A DNA stretch of 64,000 bases. Origin: Azolla caroliniana. Lineage: Eukaryota; Plantae; Polypodiophyta. The stretch covers positions 25,854,001 to 25,918,000 of the forward strand of contig JBHGNT010000003.1 of assembly GCA_043228905.1 (NCBI GenBank), in the 5' to 3' direction. A program made the position numbers and the translations under genes. Under the pieces are notes generated by a model, which was not told the origin of the DNA, ran no database searches, and saw nothing but the letters and a program-made list of their open reading frames with translations. Within the stretch, counting starts at the first letter, position 1, and each line of letters starts with the position of its first letter. Shown here one piece after another: positions 60,567 to 64,000 of the stretch.

Positions 60567-63500
60567 TGTTGGGAGACAGGTCCCTCCGAATGGTGAAGAC
60601 CCGGTGAGAACCGGATGAGGAGTACCCAGCTACGGAGAACCGGATGGTGCAGACCCAGTGAGAACCGGATGAGGAGTACCCGACTACGGAGAGCCGGATG
60701 GTGAAGACCCGGTGAGGAGTGCTCATCGGATAAAGAGATATATTCGTAAATATGTTTCTGAGAGTCCATCGAGGCTATATTTGTAAATAGCCGAAAAAGT
60801 CATATTAGTATAAATATGACTTAGGGCAAACTTTTTTCTGGTTGTTGTTATTCTTGTTTGTACAGAGAGAGAGAGAGAGAGAGAAAAAGAGGTCGTTGCC
60901 TCTGTTGTAACCGCCGCCTGTGGCGAAGATTGTGAGCACGAGGTCGTTGCCTCCGTGAACTCATTGTTGTACATTCTAACATAGTGATAGTTTGCAGCCT
61001 GTGGGCTGTCGTGGTTTTTCCCTTGGTTTGGGTTTTCCACGTAAACATCCTGTGTACTCTTCTCTTCTTCGTGTCGTGCATTCTTTCACCGTTTTCTGTG
61101 TATGATTCTAAGTTCGGTTGTGGCCGAGCGTTGCGCATAGGGGACGTAGAGTTCCTGACAAGTGGTATTAGAGCAAAACGACACGGAAAATGGACGATTC
61201 ATTGGGAGGCATGTTCAAGCTCACCGGCTCCAACTATTCGGTATGGAAGTCGAAGATGAGGGACATGCTCGTGGTTAAAGGTCTTTGGTTTCCGGTTCAG
61301 TTTGGGGACAAGAGACCGGACAAAATCGATGCCACGATATGGGAGGTGATGCACATGAAGACAACGGCGTACATACAGTGCTTCATCGACATGAGCCTAT
61401 ACAACAACTTCAATGAAGAGAGCAAGGCTCATGAGCTCTGGGAGAAGATCGGCATTATGTTTCAAAATAAAAATGCTGTTAATCAGGTTTCGGTATTCCG
61501 GAAGCTAGTAAGACTCCGGTACCAAGATGGCTCCAGCATGGCAGAGCACATGAATGCCTTCCAGGGGTTGATACACCAGGCAACGTCATTGGGCGTACCT
61601 CTCGCCGACGAGGTACTAGCACTACTCCTGCTCGGTTCCCTCCCGGATAGCTGGGAGACGCTGGTTGTCACTTTGGGCAACGCCGGGCCAGAAGGAAAAC
61701 GGTTATCCCTAGCAAGAGTGAAGTCGAGCTTGCTGGATGAGGAGGCACGTCGGAAAGATAAGGATACTAACGCCGACTCCAAAGTGCTCCTTACCGAATC
61801 AGAACGCGGAAGACATAGAAACCGTAGTCCCCAGAACCGGGAGAAGTCGGGGACACGGTCAAAGTCAAGGGGGAGGCCTACTTGCTTCTATTGCGGCAAG
61901 CCGGGACATTTCCAAAAGAACTGTCGGCATTTCTGAAAAGACAAGGAAACTGACGGGACTGATTCGAAGCGGACCCCGGACCGGAACGGTAAAGACGGGA
62001 GGGGGCCGGACCAAAAGGGAACAACGGCAATCGCGGGAAGTGAAGAAGAGTTGATGCTTATCACTGAGGAGAGTGAGATAAACTTTGCCGGCAACAAGAT
62101 GACCTGGGTGGTAGACTCCGGAGCGTCGTTCCACCTTACCTTGGACCGGAAATGCTTCTCATCCTACTCAGCCGGTGATCACGGCTGTGTCCGGATGGGG
62201 AATGAAGGTACATGCCGAATTGTCGGCATAGGAGACGTGTGGCTGACAACACCAACTGGATGCAAGCTGCTGCTGAAGGATGTCCGACACGTTCTGGAGG
62301 TTCGTCTGAACCTGATATCAGCCAGTCGGCTAGACGATGAAGGCTACACGGGTAGCATCCGGAACGGTGTCATGAAGTTCAGCAAAGGGAGCCTGATTGT
62401 GGCTCGGGCCCGGAAGGTCAACACGTTGTACTTGATGAATGCCCGGTTATGTCCGAAGGAAGTGAACGTGGCATCCGACACTGCCGGTGAGCTGTGGCAC
62501 AAAAGGTTGTGTCACATGAGCGAGAAGGGGATGAAGAGGCTTGCAGAAGACAACCTCATTCCAGTGAAGAACGTGCACTTGGAGAAGTGCACTGATTGTC
62601 TGGCCGGTAAGCAAAACCGGACCTCCTTCCGACCAAGGCCACCGATGAGACATAATGCACCACTGGAGTTGGTGCATATTGATGTGTGTCAAGTGGACAC
62701 GAAGTCACATGCAGGATTGTAGTACTTCGTGATGTTCATAGATGACCACGGCCGGAAGCTGTGGGCCACACCGTTGAAGACGAAGGATCAGGTGCTATCC
62801 GTCTTCAAAGAGCTCCACGCGAGAGTGGAAAGAGAAACAGGCCGGAAGCTGAAGGCGGTTCGAGCAGATAACAGAGGTGAATACCGGGGGCAGTTCGAGG
62901 AGTACTGTCGCTCGAAGGGAAATCAATAGAATTTACCATGCCAAAGACGCCGGAACTAAACGGGCTGGCCGAGAGGATGAACTGAACCATAATGGAGAGG
63001 GTCCGGAGTATGCTAGCGCATGCAAAACTACCCAAGAAGTTTTGGGCTGAGGCATTGTCGACGGCGACATATGTGATAAACAGATCACCCTCAGTACCCT
63101 TGGATGGAGACACGCCACAGAGAGTCTGGACCGGTAAGGAAGTGTCCTACCGGCATTTAAAGGTATTCGGGTGTCTCGCGTACGTGCATGTAGCTAAGGA
63201 CCGGAGAGGAAAGTTAGATCCAAAGACCCGGCCATGCATATTCCTCGGTTACAGCGACGATGAGTTCGGCTACCGAGTGTGGGACTTGGTCGACAAGAAG
63301 GTATTCCGGAGTCGAGATATTATCTTCATGGAGGACAAGACGCTCGCCGACTGGGAGTCGGAGAAGAAGATAATGAACTCTGAGTCGACCGGTAAGGATC
63401 GATTCTACGATGAGCAGACCCAACCGGCAAGAGACCGGTTAGCACTCGAGGAACCAGCCAGTTACAGTGAGGGTACCAAACCGGCAGAAGAAGAAGTAGA

Positions 63501-64000
63501 GGAAGCTGAAACTGGAACCGGCCAAGACCCCGAATCGGATTCGGATGAAGAGCAAATGGAGGAGCCGGTTACCGAAGCCCAGAGACGGAGATATCCTCTC
63601 AGAGAGAGAAGGCCCCCCCGGAGATTTCCGGATGTAGAGCATGTGCTGCTAACCGATGAGGGGGAGCCGGAAAGCTTCGAAGAAGCGAAGGATGACACCC
63701 ACAGTTGCAAATGGTTAAGTGCCATGCAAGATGAGATGGATTCCCTGCATGAAAACCATATGTACGAATTGGTGGAGTTGTCGAAAGGAAAGCGGGCACT
63801 CCGAAACCAGGAGATGCCGGCAACCCCCCGAGATACAAAGCCATGATCGTGGTGAAGGGGTTCCAACAGAAGAAGGGCATGGACTTCGACGAGATATTTG
63901 CCCCGGTAGTAAAGATGACCTCCATCCGGACGGTGCTGAGTATAGCGGCAAGCATGGACCTCGAGGTAGAGCAGCTGGACGTGAAGACGACATTCCTTCA
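60567..64000 (+). mobile_element. Ty1/Copia (Copia-4, Tnt1-like Tork/TAR type), 5' LTR plus degenerate polyprotein, truncated by the window end
   Basis: 5' LTR 60567-61160; PBS TGGTATTAGAGC 61163-61174 (tRNA-iMet type, one mismatch); gag from 61190 (LLLLGSLPDSWE, CFYCGKPGHFQKNC), protease WVVDSGASFH, LWHKRLCHMSEKG, integrase, RT start FDEIFAPVVKMTSIR; several stops and frameshifts. Inserted into Copia-2 gag. Confidence 0.92.

Noticed and set aside
59492-60769. 425-aa ORF as a novel gene
   Set aside because: Chimeric read-through of antisense LTR, Copia-2 gag/protease fragments and the inverted filler.

Overview
Eukaryotic land-plant nuclear DNA, most likely a seed-free plant such as a fern; this is inferred from the retroelement types and the secretory-type PPO, and is not proven. 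The left ~40 kb holds five genes. They are the 3' part of RNA polymerase I/III shared subunit AC40 (+), a 12-exon DUF1664 gene (-), a dormancy/auxin-repressed DRM1/ARP gene (+), an 11-exon SET-MYND (SMYD-type) methyltransferase (+) and a GC-rich polyphenol oxidase with an uninterrupted CDS and no plastid transit peptide (-). Decayed LTR/LINE remnants, MITE/SINE-like pieces and many local tandem duplications lie between and within these genes. The right ~20 kb is a retrotransposon stack. An RT/RNase H-less Copia (TSD GTCCA) sits inside an L1-like LINE. A second Copia hosts three later insertions: a full-length non-chromovirus Ty3/Gypsy (4-bp TSD, tRNA-Trp-type PBS), a solo LTR, and a Tnt1-like Copia that runs off the window. 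The most notable signal is in the Gypsy element. It has a G_GAT_TTT slippery site directly before the Gag-protease stop, followed 6 nt later by a predicted H-type pseudoknot, i.e. a candidate -1 ribosomal frameshift placed after the protease. Exon boundaries were read by hand from GT/AG sites and reading-frame continuity; no database searches were run.
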